A stretch of DNA of 64,000 nt, taken from contig OX597832.1 in NCBI GenBank assembly GCA_951406725.2, forward strand, positions 3,844,001-3,908,000, written 5' to 3'. Both the position numbers and the translations under genes were made by a program. The DNA is from Octopus vulgaris (Eukaryota). Shown one piece after another: positions 1 to 12,475 of this stretch. The notes below the pieces were generated by a model, which searched no databases, was not told where the DNA came from, and saw only the letters and a list, made by a program, of their open reading frames with translations. Each line of letters opens with the position of its first letter. The stretch's first letter is position 1.

Positions 1-570
1 CCCCCGTGTTCCTGTTCGGCGTGTTGGTACAGAATCGATGAGCTTTTACCTTCCATGAGTTGTCTCCAATGTACATTTACCCGCTCTCCTATGCTTCTTG
101 CCGTTTCCCCTACGTATGTCGTTGTCTTGTTACTGCATCGTCCCTCTATACATCTTATACTATAGACTACATTTCTAGTTTTACGGTTTGTTTGTGGGCT
201 AAATCTACATACAGTACAGTACTTATCCGTACAGGGGGTTCTACTAAAAGGATAGGTTCTACCAATTATAGATTTGATAGGGTTGCCTGGCTTTTCAACA
301 ACCTTAATCCTTAGCTTAAGTTTGTCTAGGGTCCTTCTAAAGCGGTACGCCAGTTCACCTCCAGGGGTGGTGTCAACGAACATGACACTCTGGTATTTAT
401 GGTTATCATACCAAAAGTTGGCCTTCTCTATTTTCTTTTTTGTCCTTTCTATAGTGTTCCATGACTTGTTCCTATAGAGTGGGCAAATCCCATTCCTATC
501 ATTACATAATATATCATCACATTTTTTCATAGCTCCTTTGTATACTCTGATCCTTTCTTTATGGCTGTAA
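1..570 (-). mobile_element. Penelope-like retroelement fragment (RT C-terminus, linker, GIY-YIG endonuclease), running off the left window edge
   Basis: Manual minus-strand translation is stop-free: ...CPLYRNKSWNTIERTKKKIEKANFWYDNHKYQSVMFVDTTPGGELAYRFRR...VVEKPGNPIKS...CTDKYCTVC...VVYSIRC...TYVGETARSIGERVNVH...ILYQHAEQEHG. It contains the GIY-YIG motif and Cys linker typical of PLEs. Confidence 0.85.
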
Positions 571-572
571 CC

Positions 573-574
<2 letters not shown>

Positions 575-605
<31 letters not shown>

Positions 606-675
606 TGTATGTATGTATGTATGTATGTATGTATGTATGCATATGTATATATGGTTATTATTATTATTATTATTG

Positions 676-748
<73 letters not shown>
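575..748. repeat. (TATG)n followed by (ATT)n microsatellites
   Basis: Direct sequence. Confidence 0.97.
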
Positions 749-1039
749 CTAATTGAACGCGATGCAACTATTTCCAAGTAAGTTATCTTCACTGTTTTTA
801 TGCCACTCTCTACTCACTACTGTTTTCTTCCTCCATACTTCTCTAATTCCCTTTTTCTCCCCTCCCTCCTTCACCGTTCTCTATCTGTCTCTCTCTCTCT
901 CGTTGCTCATCCCACGTGTATTTAGGCACATCCCTTCTATATACTCATACCTAAACTATGCTAAATATATCACTAAAAGAATTATACATATACGTGCTTT
1001 TACAATAGACCGAAGAACAGTAGCAGAACTTGTATTCTT

Positions 1040-1220
1040 TTATTGTTTTATTCTTTTATTTGTTTCAGTCATTTGACTGCGGCCATGCTGGAGCACCGTC
1101 TTTAGTCGAAGAAATCGACCCCAGGACTTATTCTTTGTAAGCCTTATTCTATCGGTCTCTTTTGCCGAACCAAGCGATGGTGGGGGGACAAACACAGGTA
1201 CACAAACACACACACACACA

Positions 1221-1297
<77 letters not shown>

Positions 1298-1456
1298 GAC
1301 GGGCTTCTTTCAGTTTCTGTCTACCAAATCCACTCACAAGACTTTGGTCGGCCTGAGGCTATTGTGGAAGACACTTGCCCATGGCGCCACGCTGTGGGAC
1401 TGAACCCGGAACCACATGGCTGGTAAGCAAGCTACTTACCTCATAGCCACTCCTAC
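1040..1456 (-). mobile_element. tRNA-derived SINE, family A (head, internal TA/CA microsatellite, tail)
   Basis: Minus-strand head AGGAGTGGCTATGAGGT...GGTTCAGTCCC is A/B-box like. The body recurs at 23.5, 29.1, 40.0, 53.7, 55.9 and 57.6 kb. Confidence 0.85.
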
Positions 1457-1501
1457 ACCATCACAGCTTCCACCAAGTAACATATTAAATTCATGTTCAT
1501 A

Positions 1502-1945
1502 CAAGCGTCGGTTGAAAAGTTCAAAGGCTGACCAAGATACTTTCATGGAATGTAACCAAATGAAGTATATTTCCTTCTTCCATCGGTGTTGCCGTGTTTG
1601 GATCCCGTTGGTGAAGAAGCTTTCATCCTGTTGCTCAAAAAACTCATCAACACCAGATACTGCATCATGACCATTGAGATATTGGTTCCCAGCCAAGTGT
1701 TTTGTTCATGTTGGGGAAACAGCTGATAATCAGATGGGGGCCAAATCAGGAGGGCGGGGCGGTGATCAAACCAGTTCAATGCTACAGTTACGCACAGCAG
1801 CCACAGGAACGAAGAACTTGCGTGCTAGAGCATTGTCCTGATGAAACAAAACCCCTTGCGTCAGTTTTCCCGGGGCGTTTGGTTCTGATAGCCTTTCGTA
1901 ACCGTCTGAACAAGTTGGCACCGTATTCTCCATTGGTGGTAGACA
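1502..1945 (-). mobile_element. mariner transposon 3' fragment
   Basis: TA followed by TIR-like CAAGCGTCGGTTGAAAAGTTC. Frameshifted motifs VLFHQDNA, PPSDYQLFP and FFTNGIQ...RWKK. Confidence 0.8.
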
Positions 1946-2832
1946 CATGCATCTATTTGTATACTTAAACCTTTGCAACTGGATTAATAGCCTATGATTA
2001 ACCTTTTTACTAATTTCTATTTAACTTACCGGTTTTCTCATATCGTGTCTGTTACAGGTAACAACAATTTCGGTTGCAGGATCTTACTCTGCCATATTTT
2101 CACCATTTTTCACAAACTCACCTGGGCTAAATACAGCTAGCCTCGCGTGTACTTATACAACACCATCTTCTGTAACTTGAACCTATTCTAAGAAAAACAT
2201 CAAAAGCGTACTACACGGATGTACTCTTGAACTGCACAGAAGACCGCCATATGAACATACACGTGTGAACCCACACAGATAAACAATATGAGAATAAGTA
2301 CACGCGTGAAGGTGTATAAAATTACAGCTTCTACTTTTTAACATTTTTTTCGTGTTAAGCGAATGTGCAACAAAATAGGATCATGTGTACTCCCTATGAT
2401 GTGCGTAGGCGGTCTTCTATGCGCACATATTCCTTGTGCTTATAAATTTCAAAATGTATGCGTGTCTTCAAAATATGGGAATATATGTGTTTGTGCTTGC
2501 ATATATTAGTAAATCTATTTATGTTTACATATCGGTACGTAAATTTGTTCATTTATGCATTTATACGTGCAGAAACGTGTGTGGGTGTATACAGTTGAGT
2601 GAGTGCGCCTGTACATGTACACTTATAGTTATGCGTGTGTGTGTGTATATAGTTATACATATACACTGTATATGTGTATGTGTGCTTGTGTGCGTATGTA
2701 AGCGCATGTTATCTATATATCTGTCTGTCTGTCTGTCAATCTGTCTGTCTGCCTGTCTGACCTGACTGCCTGTCTGACCTGTCTGTCTGCTTTCTATTCA
2801 TCTATCTTGCAAACTATCAATAAATCCATATG

Positions 2833-2868
<36 letters not shown>

Positions 2869-3240
2869 CGTGCGTGTGTGTGTGTGCATAATCAACTTAT
2901 GATGAGTGTCCTTCTCCCAGCCTTAAGTGAAGTAATGGACTTGATTACAACTCCTGCAGGTACTATTTTCTATATGGAAATTAAACTAGAGATATTAAAA
3001 TGTATATTCAGTTTTTACCAAAAGCATTTACATTAACTTCTATATAGTGAGACATTGGGCAAAGGCTTTCACAACTACTAAAAAGAATGAAAGGAATTCC
3101 TAGGAATTAATTTATTAAAACATCTTATATGGAACATTTATTCTAGTCTCATATACTGCCAAGTGTACAGGCAATTCTAGCATTAGTAAGGGATCACAGC
3201 TTGGTAGATCAACTGGCAGAATTAGCTGAAACACTATTAA

Positions 3241-4447
3241 TTTAGTAATGCAACCCAAACAAAACAATCCATAAAAACAAGATATACTTTATATTGTAAA
3301 TAACCAATAAAATAAACAACCAGCACAGGCTAGATAACCAACAAAAGAACACAACTCGCATTACACACACAATACAAACACTTGTATAACAAAAGACTGC
3401 AACCAAACACCATAAAAAACAAACAAACTGATGCAATACTGGGAAGAGTCTGCATTCCCTCAACAACAAAAAGAAACATACAATGCTGCACGCAAGAACA
3501 TAGACGTATAGCAGGTGATGCAGTAGAAATCTGTCTGAAATGATAAAATAGTGAATAATAATGATCATCAGCATAGCATGTCCTAGTGACAACAGGACTG
3601 AAGAGAAACAATAAAAGTAACGGTAGAAGTTATAGTTTGTAACGGTTGAGATTAATTTGTAAACAATAATATGGAATGTCAGAGTTGTCACCAGTTTGTA
3701 ACGGTTAGTTCTTCATTGAAGATGAGCGGCATCAATTGTAATGGCTTGTTGTTAGTTGATTGCCATTATGTAAAGATGAAACAGTGATTGAAGTTGTAAA
3801 GAAAATATTTATTTACCGTTACATTGTATATATCCAAAATCACAACAGGTTAGTATGTATAAGTAGTAAATGGAAAAGCATGCGAAGTAAAAAAGTTAAT
3901 TTTGGCTAGTATTTGTGTGCACGTTCTCGTAGTAGGGATCCACAGATAGAGATAGATTGATGTTGTAAGAGAAAAGAAATTGAGTGAGTGGAAGTTATAG
4001 AGTCGAGGTAAGTTGTGTCTCATAGTTGGCTGATTATAACTTTTTTTCTCCATCTGACCATTTGTCTTTAGTAGCTGCCTGCTAGTAACCATGATTCTAG
4101 CTGTCCGTTCACTAACTGATGGTCACTCTCACTAACTTGGGTTCTCACTAACTAATTTTTGTTTAGGGGTTCTTGTTTTTATAACTATCCAGAAGGATAG
4201 ACATATCATTGAGAAAATAGCTTTCATTGGAAGTCTGTGATATCTCTATTCTAGCTATTGGTGAAATAGAAGAGGTTAGAAGGGTCAAGTGGCAAAGACT
4301 TTATTTTGCTTAGCTAAGGCATCTGGCAAGTGTAACCACTGTCACAGAAAAACTATTGTTTTACCATGAGAAAAGAGCTGTTGAACTGTTAATTTAAATT
4401 TGGCTATCTAAGATCGAATCCATGCCATGCCTGCAAGATCTACTACA
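3241..4447 (-). mobile_element. Probable 3' LTR of the Gypsy element
   Basis: Minus-strand polypurine tract GGGGAGGAGAGGGG directly precedes TGTAGTA at 4447. A near-inverted terminus TTTAGTA lies at 3241. Minus-strand TATAAAA near 4180 and AATAAA near 3810. The left boundary is tentative. Confidence 0.6.
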
Positions 4448-5259
4448 CCCCTCTCCTCCCCGGTGAGGTTTCGATTAAAGGAAATGAATGATCGAAGCTG
4501 AGAAAGAAATCTTTGTGAAATGCCTTGAAATGTACAAGAGCAAAAGTGTGGCATGCTGGCATGTTGTAAGGGACAAACAACTTTCTCTATGTATGCGTGA
4601 CCGACCTAGGGTCTAACAGAGACGAGTTGTGTCAACAAGGGTGCAGGGGGCATGAAAAACAAGCAAGAAAGGCATGTGTGGGGCATGAATGTGTGCAACA
4701 ATGTGTGCAGATGTGTGTGCAAGGTTAAGCACTGAGGAAAGATGCATGCATGTGTATATGCAACAATACATTTTCAAAGTGAACGAGAAAAAGTATACAC
4801 GCAAAATGCAATGTGTGACAATGCAACTGAAAGAAGGTGGAAACGCAAAATATGAAAATAATTGAAAGGCATGCAAACAAAAATTCAGGTTATGAATAAA
4901 TGTTCAGTTCATGAATAAATGTTCAGTTCATTTGAGTCTGATAGAATGCAAGTAGAATCAATTTTAATTTGATATGACAAACAGGAAATTGAATTAATGC
5001 AATGTAAGTTTTACAGGTATGGTGCTTGCGAAGTTCAGTGGAAAGAAAAATATCAATAAATATGTCTTGTAGGTGCTCGTGTAGAAATCAAGTCACTGGT
5101 GCCTGTAAATCACTCACCTGGAATCTTTTTGAAATAGAAAACTTGTACGTATTTCACCAGCCAGCGGACTCTTCACCCACTTCTTGTTCAAGTTTGCTGT
5201 GAAGTTGTTGAGGTACTTGTGGGAGGTGTCGACGAGACTGTGTTGGTTTGTTGCGGAGT

Positions 5260-7539
5260 CGACCATGATAAGGAATCGGGTTCGACAATAGCTTTCTTAA
5301 GTCGATCGGTATTAATAGTATTTCGCTTGCCATTCATGTCAATGACGAAGTATTTCTCCCTTCTCTGTAGTACTGTGTAGGGTCCAGAATATGGTGGATG
5401 GATTTCTGATGGTATTCCATCGTTCAGGATAAAAACGTGCGTTTATTGGTTAATGTCTGAGGGGATATATGTGTCGGTTTTCTGCGAACAGGGTGAGTTA
5501 GGTGAGAGATGGACCATATGTGCACGGAAACGATGTACATAAGTTGTGGGATCAGGAATATCCCTTGGAATAACTGGAGCAATCATTTGCCCAGGCAAGG
5601 CCAGCGTGGTGCTGTAAACTAACTCAGTCGGTGAGTGACTGATGTCGTCCTTAATAGATACACGGATACTGAGCAGAATAAGCAGAAGGAATTCCATCCT
5701 ATTGATTAGGTCTGGACATGCACGTGTGGCTGATTTCAGCTGCCTGTGGTATCTCTCTATTATGCCGTTTGCTGCTGGATGATATGCTATTTATTGTATG
5801 GCAGTGTTTGGAACTGATCAGGTGCGTGAGTTTGCTGAAAAGGTGTGAATCGAATTGCCATCCTCTGTCTGTCGTGATGGTTGCGGGGACACCAAAACAC
5901 AATACCCAGTGTGATATCAGTGCTTTAGTGACGGTTTCAGCTGAAGTATCGGGCAGAAGGAAAGCTTTGGGCTATCGAGAAAAGTGGTCGATGCAGGTCA
6001 ACAGATGTGTTTAGTTGTGGGACGGCGGTAGAGGTCCAACTATATCTATGTGTAGAGTATACTAGCCATCTCAATATGGCTAACCACTAAGGGTGGGTGT
6101 TACTGTAGCTTTTAGCCCCAGGAGATAATCGTCTCCAGCTGGCTTTAGGCACACTTTCTGTGCTCTTATGGTATTTGCAAAGGGAGGTCATCCCTCTCTC
6201 ATAAACCTAAGCAATACGCCAGAGATTTATTATTGCTATATCTATGTGGATGTGTTGAAAACATGTGTCCGGTGTTGTGAAAGTATTGAGGGGTGATTTT
6301 ACATGTCGCTGTATTTTCACCTTTTGACAGGCAACGCAAATCTTAACCCAAGTGCAGATGTCCTTGTTTATGTTTGTCCACACAAAACGAGTTGTTATTA
6401 TCTTCTGTGTGGAAAGAATGCTAGGCAGTGAAAATACGTCATCGGTGTTGTTTGGGGACGTAAGTGTGTTTGTAACCAGTGGAGGTATCACACCATATCT
6501 GACAGGGAGAAGATAATGGGAACAATTGGAACTTGAGGGATGAGGAATTCCGGAGTTTATTAAGCTCTTCGTTATTTTCCTGATCTGCTGCGATCAAATG
6601 AAGATCAATAGTCTCTGGAGCGTGCAGAGTGTTAAGATAGATGTGTGAAAGTGTGTGCACTGTTGTGTTGTCTGAGCCTTTGATATGCCAAATATCCGTG
6701 GAATATTGGGTGATAAAGTCGAGGTGACGGACTTCTCTGGAAGAATGGCAGTCGGGTATTTTCCTGAAGGCATATACTAGCGGTTTATGGCCCGCGTAGA
6801 TGCTGAAAATGGACCCTTCTAACATATGGCAGAAGTGTTTGATGAACAGATATGGAGCCAGGAGCTCACGTCCAAAAGTACTGTATTTCATCTCCGCAGA
6901 TTGAAGTCGCTTGGAGAAATAGGACAATGGTTGCCAAACACCATTAACCAACTGCTAAAGGACACCACCGACTCCAGACATAGACGTGTCAACCAGCAAA
7001 CTGAGTGGAGCACCAGGTTTGGAGTAGACCATCATCATGGCCCTAGCTAGCATATCCTTTAGTTTATTGAAGGGGGCCATCTCTTCGTTGTCTAACGTTA
7101 TAGCCTGTGTCTTCTTCGTTTTGTTGCACAGGACATCTGTAAGTGGCTGAGCTGCTTCAGCACAGTGTGGTAGGGAACACCAGTAGAAGTTAATTAATCC
7201 CTAAAATTCATGCAGTTTCCGAAGAGACGTAGGAATAGGGAAGTCAACTACCGCCTCCATCTTTTTGGGTAGTGGCTGGATTCTGTCCTTGTCAACAATA
7301 TGGCCGAGGAATAACAGAAACGAGACACCAAAAGCACACTTACTGGTGTTGATTGCGATGCCATATTCAGCTAACCGCTGGAATAGTTGATCTGAATGCT
7401 CTTCGTGTTCGGCTTTGGATTTACTTGCTACCAGTATATCATCGATGTGTGCGTACACGAATGGTAAGGCCCTTGTAACGGTTTCCATAAAGCACTGGAA
7501 TGTCTGCGCTGTGTTACAGAGACTGAAGGACATCTGCAA
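5260..7539 (-). pseudogene. pol: Ty3/Gypsy pol remnant (RT, RNase H, integrase), frameshifted and 5'-truncated
   Basis: RT FVYAHIDDILVAS...FLGHIV; RNase H YSTFGRELLA...HKPL; integrase CVACQKVK, HIHIDI, FGVPATITTDRG and a GPY-like motif near 5385. Confidence 0.92.
6053..6235 (-). mobile_element. Short copy of the hammerhead/structured-RNA family, inserted in the Gypsy integrase with a 13-bp TSD
   Basis: Flanked by CTATATCTATGTG at 6040-6052 and 6236-6248. The body (TTTTAGCCCCAGG...TTGCAAAGGGAGGTCATCC) is homologous to the 50.1 and 52.0 kb elements. Confidence 0.85.
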
Positions 7540-7559
7540 AACTCAGTCTGAAGCGCATG

Positions 7560-7845
7560 GCAATTGCCATTTTTGACTTAGGATTCATGGGATCTTTGAA
7601 TGCTTTAAGTTCTCCAAAAACGAAAAAAAAAAAAAACAATCGATGAGTGGAAAAAATCGATAAACCGATTCCTTATGGGATTTCCCAATCAAATTGTCTG
7701 CAAAATTTCAGCCAAAAGTTTACGAATTTCAACGGATTTCACTCAAATTTGACGTCGATGTTACTTAGTTTGCTTTGAAATAAAGAGCTTGATTAGCTTA
7801 ATAATCCTAACTTAATCCTGAGCAAAGCCGGGCTATACTGCTAAT
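7560..7845 (+). mobile_element. Degenerate non-autonomous Helitron-like 3' end
   Basis: CCTGAGCAAAGCCGGGCTATACTGCTAA resembles the hairpin-plus-CTAG terminus at 56558-56585. Confidence 0.45.
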
Positions 7846-7849
7846 CCAT

Positions 7850-8310
7850 ACTGTTTGTATGAGTTTGTAAATGAATCAGCATGTAGGAAAACTTTCGGGG
7901 AGGTAATTGGTGATTGTTATTGTTCGAGAAAGGGGAGGTAATTGCACTTCAGGAGAGTAAATTTATATAAACTAGTGAGCTAAAGTCGTGAGATAAAATA
8001 TGTACAGTGTTGGTTATGCGTTCATTAAAATATTTACAAAAATCAAAATTGGTTATACGTTCATATTCAGGTGCAGTTTGTGTTTTTCAATAAATATATT
8101 TTCTTTATTTAGTCGTTCTTGTATAGAAATTGTTTTCTTGCACTGGTAGATGGGGGAAACCGTGAAGTTTGGTTGGTGAGTTCCTGCACATCTCACTCTG
8201 TATTCACTCAATGGTATCTGTAAATACCTTGGGAAACGGACCTGTTCCCTATGCCGTGTACATCTCCCTCTAAATGATATCTTCTTATATAAGCCAAACA
8301 AGGATGTCAC
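7850..8310 (-). mobile_element. PLE 3' fragment (GIY-YIG C-terminus and UTR), same family as the 60.0-62.3 kb element
   Basis: HREQVRFPRYLQIPLSE...PNFTVSPIYQC matches HEEQIRFPQYRQISPNEH...PNFTVFPFY at 60551-61012. Confidence 0.75.
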
Positions 8311-9934
8311 TTAGACGGAGAACTACACTGCATAAGGATGCTATTTCCCCCTAAACGAATGACTTTAACCTCATGTCCAAGGGTAGCAGCTACCAGATTT
8401 TTGTGGTCAATAATAAGATGCAAATTATCAAAATGAAATTAGAATTTTGGATGAATCTGCATGCGAAACCACGACCTTCGTACATTCTCTATTTTATTTA
8501 GAAACACACATCTAACAAACGATTTGATTATATTAATTCAAACGATCTTTCAACACATTTTAATGAAGTACATTAACTTTTGGAAAACCATTATAATTCA
8601 GTAAATGATTTCCAAATGATCAAGGCTTCATATTAGAAAATGAAGCTTTATTTGAAACTTCATTAACAAGTAAAAAAAACTCAGCTAATTTAAATGCAAC
8701 AAATACCAACATCACTTTAGATTCCACTTTACAAGCAGCATTTTTAGAAGAGTGCTACTGTCTGAATTTTGCTATACTATAGCGGTGTTCGACCATGAAA
8801 CAGAGAGCATAATAGTTAAGAGTCTTCAGTAATAAAACATGCTAGATAATATTATGAAAGTAGCTCATAATCATTGAAGACGAAATGTGTAGAAAGAATT
8901 AAAATTACCTCACAAGTATGAATCAGAAAAAGTGAAAGAAAGCGAGAGATCGCCTCACTGAGCAAAGTGACATACAGCGCTGGATTAACCTTTAAGCAAA
9001 ATAAACATGTGTTTCGGACAACAAGGGAAATGGAGCACCACAGAAATGATAAATGGTTTACGACACAAAAGCATCATTTTAAACTAGCTAAAATAATATT
9101 CGAAGCGGTTTATATGATAGGAAATATAACTTCAAAGTGTTCATGGGTGTCATAGTGAGGATCTTTGCAATCAAAAGAAATAGGAGAACATTTTTCAAAT
9201 ATAAATAAAGTGGAAGTATACAATAAGCAACATTATTTTCTATCATACTGTTAGTTTTGTTTCATTTCGAAAATTAAAAGATTATTTTATGAGCTATTAT
9301 TGTTAATATTTTGAATAACATATATACGGGGATACCGAAATCTTATAAGTGTTTGGGGCATATATTAGGCCTCGAAACCGGTTTTATATTATGATCAGTA
9401 AAACCGAAACCGATTTGCCAAATCCGATTTTAAGGCTTGCTGTTTCGGATCTTTTCAATAAAAGATGTTTTATGTAACACATTCTTCCAGTATACGAAGT
9501 TTAAAAGTGTTTAGTTACAAATAACTATTTTTTAAATGTGCCGGTCAAAGTGAAAAGATCCGCTGTTTCTTTTTTTTTTTTTTTTTCGCAAAACATTTCT
9601 CCATTTTTTTCTTTTCAAGAAATATCGTTGAAACTGAACTGAACTGTTGTCGGTCGCCTTTAGTTGGGAGTGCTGTCGGTTTCATTGAAACATATCGCAA
9701 CATATCAATTCTCACCTTCTTTCCCCTTGAACCTTAGATCAGCACCTTGTCATCTCCTTCGCTAATCCCTGGCTGACTCTTTGAATTTGCAGGTAACTGA
9801 GTTTATTCATAGCAAGTCAAGGGGATGCTGTTAGTCTTCAGTCGGGTGATTTTTCCCGTTGAGCATATGTAATAACCAGTTCTAGATTCATTTCAAGGAA
9901 GTAATACTAAATTTTTTGATAAAAAAAGTGAAGA

Positions 9935-10017
9935 GATCGCTATAACAGACGATAGTGATCGCTATAACAGACAATAGTGATCGCTATAACAGACGATAGT
10001 GATCGCCATAACAGACA
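9935..10017. repeat. 22-bp tandem repeat, about 4 copies (GATCGCTATAACAGACGATAGT)
   Basis: Direct sequence. Confidence 0.9.
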
Positions 10018-10861
10018 TAAGACAACAACACATACTTTGTCAAATAGATTTGGATCACGAAAATGCTTGTTTTCCCCAGCTAAAACCTGAATTTAATAAA
10101 GTTTTAAATAAGGTGAGAAAAATTTTAAAAATTTTCCGTAAATCTCCTACAAAAAATGAAATTTTGCAAGATTTTGTACGAGTGAACTTTGATAACAGAG
10201 AATATAAACTTATACTGGATTGCAGAACTAGGTAGAATAGCACATTCCATATAATTGAGAGATTTTTGAAATCGAAAAGCTGCATTCCAAATGCTCTACG
10301 AGCAGAACTCTCCACAGATGCCGTCGCTGACGAAGAATGGAAATCTCTCAATTTACTATATGAAATTCTGCATTCAGTAGAAATTATTTTGAAGGCTATT
10401 TGCGCTGATGATACGGGTTTACTGAAAGCGGAATATTCTATAGAATTTTTATTGAATAAACTTAATGTCGTCGGCAACCCTTTGGCTCTAAATCTTCGAT
10501 ATAATAAGAGAAGAAATGTCGAAACCTTGACTCTCTTGTGGTATTTACATAACCCAAGGAATTTTAAAGTTGAGTCAATTTCTGAACCTTTTCTATTTTT
10601 TAACGAAACAACATTTAAGGAAGTATGCTGAACAAACATATAGGAGATTATTTCCTGAACATGATGCTGAGAACACAACAGAATTATACAAAGAAAATGA
10701 AATAGGAGGGAACCTAAAAACAAGTGTTACTGTTGTCCCATCTACTTATGAAGGTAATGAACTCATTCGTGAATACACAAGCGCAATGAAGAAAATGAAT
10801 GAAGAGCCCAAGATGGTAACAGATGGATTTGAAATCTCTAAAGAATTCGGGTACTATTTAA

Positions 10862-11078
10862 GAAGAGTAATCCCGGTGCGCGCACTCGCGTACTCGCGCT
10901 AGCTAGTCGTAACTAGTCGATCCTACAACGACTACCTAGCAAAGTAAATAAAACACAAAATAAATAATCTTTTTACACAAAGTAAATAATTTTTTTAAAA
11001 CAAAGTAAATAAAATACAAAAACACAAATTAAGGATCGACTAGTCACGACTAGCTGGCGCGCACCGGGACCACTCTTC
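10862..11078. mobile_element. MITE with TTAA TSD and purine (GA) termini, Kolobok-like
   Basis: TTAA at 10858-10861 and 11079-11082. TIR GAAGAGT..TCCCGGTGCGCGC..AGCTAGTCGT.ACTAGTCGATCCT occurs at both ends around an A-rich core. Confidence 0.8.
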
Positions 11079-11920
11079 TTAAGTAGTATCCGCGAAAACC
11101 GGTTTTTAACCGGTTTTGAGAATTACTTATACTTGAACTCGGTTTTGGGAATTATCGGTTTTTTGTGAGCCCTAGACTCTATGCGTTTTAGTCTGGCCCT
11201 AGGCACATAGTTTCGTCTGGCTGAATTAGTGGCTTTAGTCTGATGTTGAATGTGCCAACTTTCTATAACATTAAGCTAAATTTTCCAAAACCTTCGGCCG
11301 AACTATTTGACGGGAAAACTTACACACTTCCTTTTAAGTCCGCCGCATCAATCATTAATAAGTGAGACACCGCTGATCGGTCAAGCCATATTGGCGTAGG
11401 TGTTAATGCCTATTATGATATTTTCCCTTTTATGGTAACACAGTAGGCTATGCTCCTGGGGTAGTGAAATCTGAGAGCGATTACTCGAAACTCAATATAG
11501 TACTTGCAAAAAAAAATTTTTAATTAAAAATTTTGGTCTAAAACAAAACTTTCCACATGACCTTAATGAATTGTGGGAGACAAGATATGTCCTAACCTGC
11601 TATAAAGAATGCGACTACTTCTTTTTAAGCACAGTCAAAAGACTCTCCGGCGCTAGATAGCATAAAATAAATTAGCAGTTTCAATCGCTTCTTTGCGAAA
11701 ATCCAGAGGTTTATATCTGTACAGAAATAAAGGATGAAAGAAAAGGTAACCTCCAACACTTCGGACTTATTTTTCTTTCCTTATTCGTATATTTCATTGT
11801 TCACTTCTAGGAAATTATATTCCTATGTGTATGTATGTATGTATGTATGTATGTATGTATGTATGTATGTATGTGCATGCATGCATGTATGTATGTATGT
11901 ATGTATGTATGTATGAATGA

Positions 11921-11991
<71 letters not shown>

Positions 11992-12389
11992 GCCCTGATG
12001 CAGTACCAGGCAGTGGATCTCATGGCTTCTGATCTTAACTGATTGGAAGTGTTATCATGTACATTGTTTTGTCTTGGTATAAAAGATGAGCTACAGCAAA
12101 TATTCAGCTCAATACCATAGATTTGCTTGTCAGTTGTTTGACCTTAACCAGTTGAGCATGTCCCTTAGTGGTTGACGATATGTGCATCTCTGATCACGAG
12201 CAGAAGTAGAGGGGGAGCATCATAGCCATGTGCTGTTTATCTTGATATGAGATCACCATGTCGCGCACATATGGTTGTGATGCATGTGCCTGGTGTACCC
12301 TTATCAGACGGGCAGTCATGATGGGTATATTGGGCTTCGTATATTTTACCCCAGTGTCACTTTGATGGCATGAACTGCTCTCTCACTCA
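11992..12389 (+). mobile_element. Interspersed repeat flanked by (AAT)n, probably a LINE 3' UTR or SINE-like element
   Basis: A near-identical reverse-complement copy with an extra internal block lies at 47565-47951. Both copies abut AAT/ATT arrays. Confidence 0.7.
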
Positions 12390-12398
12390 ATAATAATG

Positions 12399-12475
<77 letters not shown>

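Larger units (their letters stand above)
9366..11174 (+). mobile_element. hAT (Ac/ZBED-like) DNA transposon remnant, internally deleted
   Basis: Transposase fragments KVRKILKIFRKSPTKNEILQ...LILDCRTR(W/stop)NSTFHIIERF at 9999-10860. Imperfect TIRs TAGGCCTCGAAACCG and CGGTTTTTTGTGAGCCCTA, with subterminal AACCG/CGGTT repeats. Confidence 0.75.

Noticed and set aside
561-781. ORFs rich in YIYI, CVCV, poly-I, poly-N or THTH, here and throughout the window
   Set aside because: They are translations of microsatellites.
9935-10017. Short direct repeats as a CRISPR-like array (also 26865-27055)
   Set aside because: The repeats are contiguous with no unique spacers and lie in a eukaryotic TE context.
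10055-10723. 222-aa minus-strand ORF
   Set aside because: It is the antisense shadow of the hAT transposase remnant.
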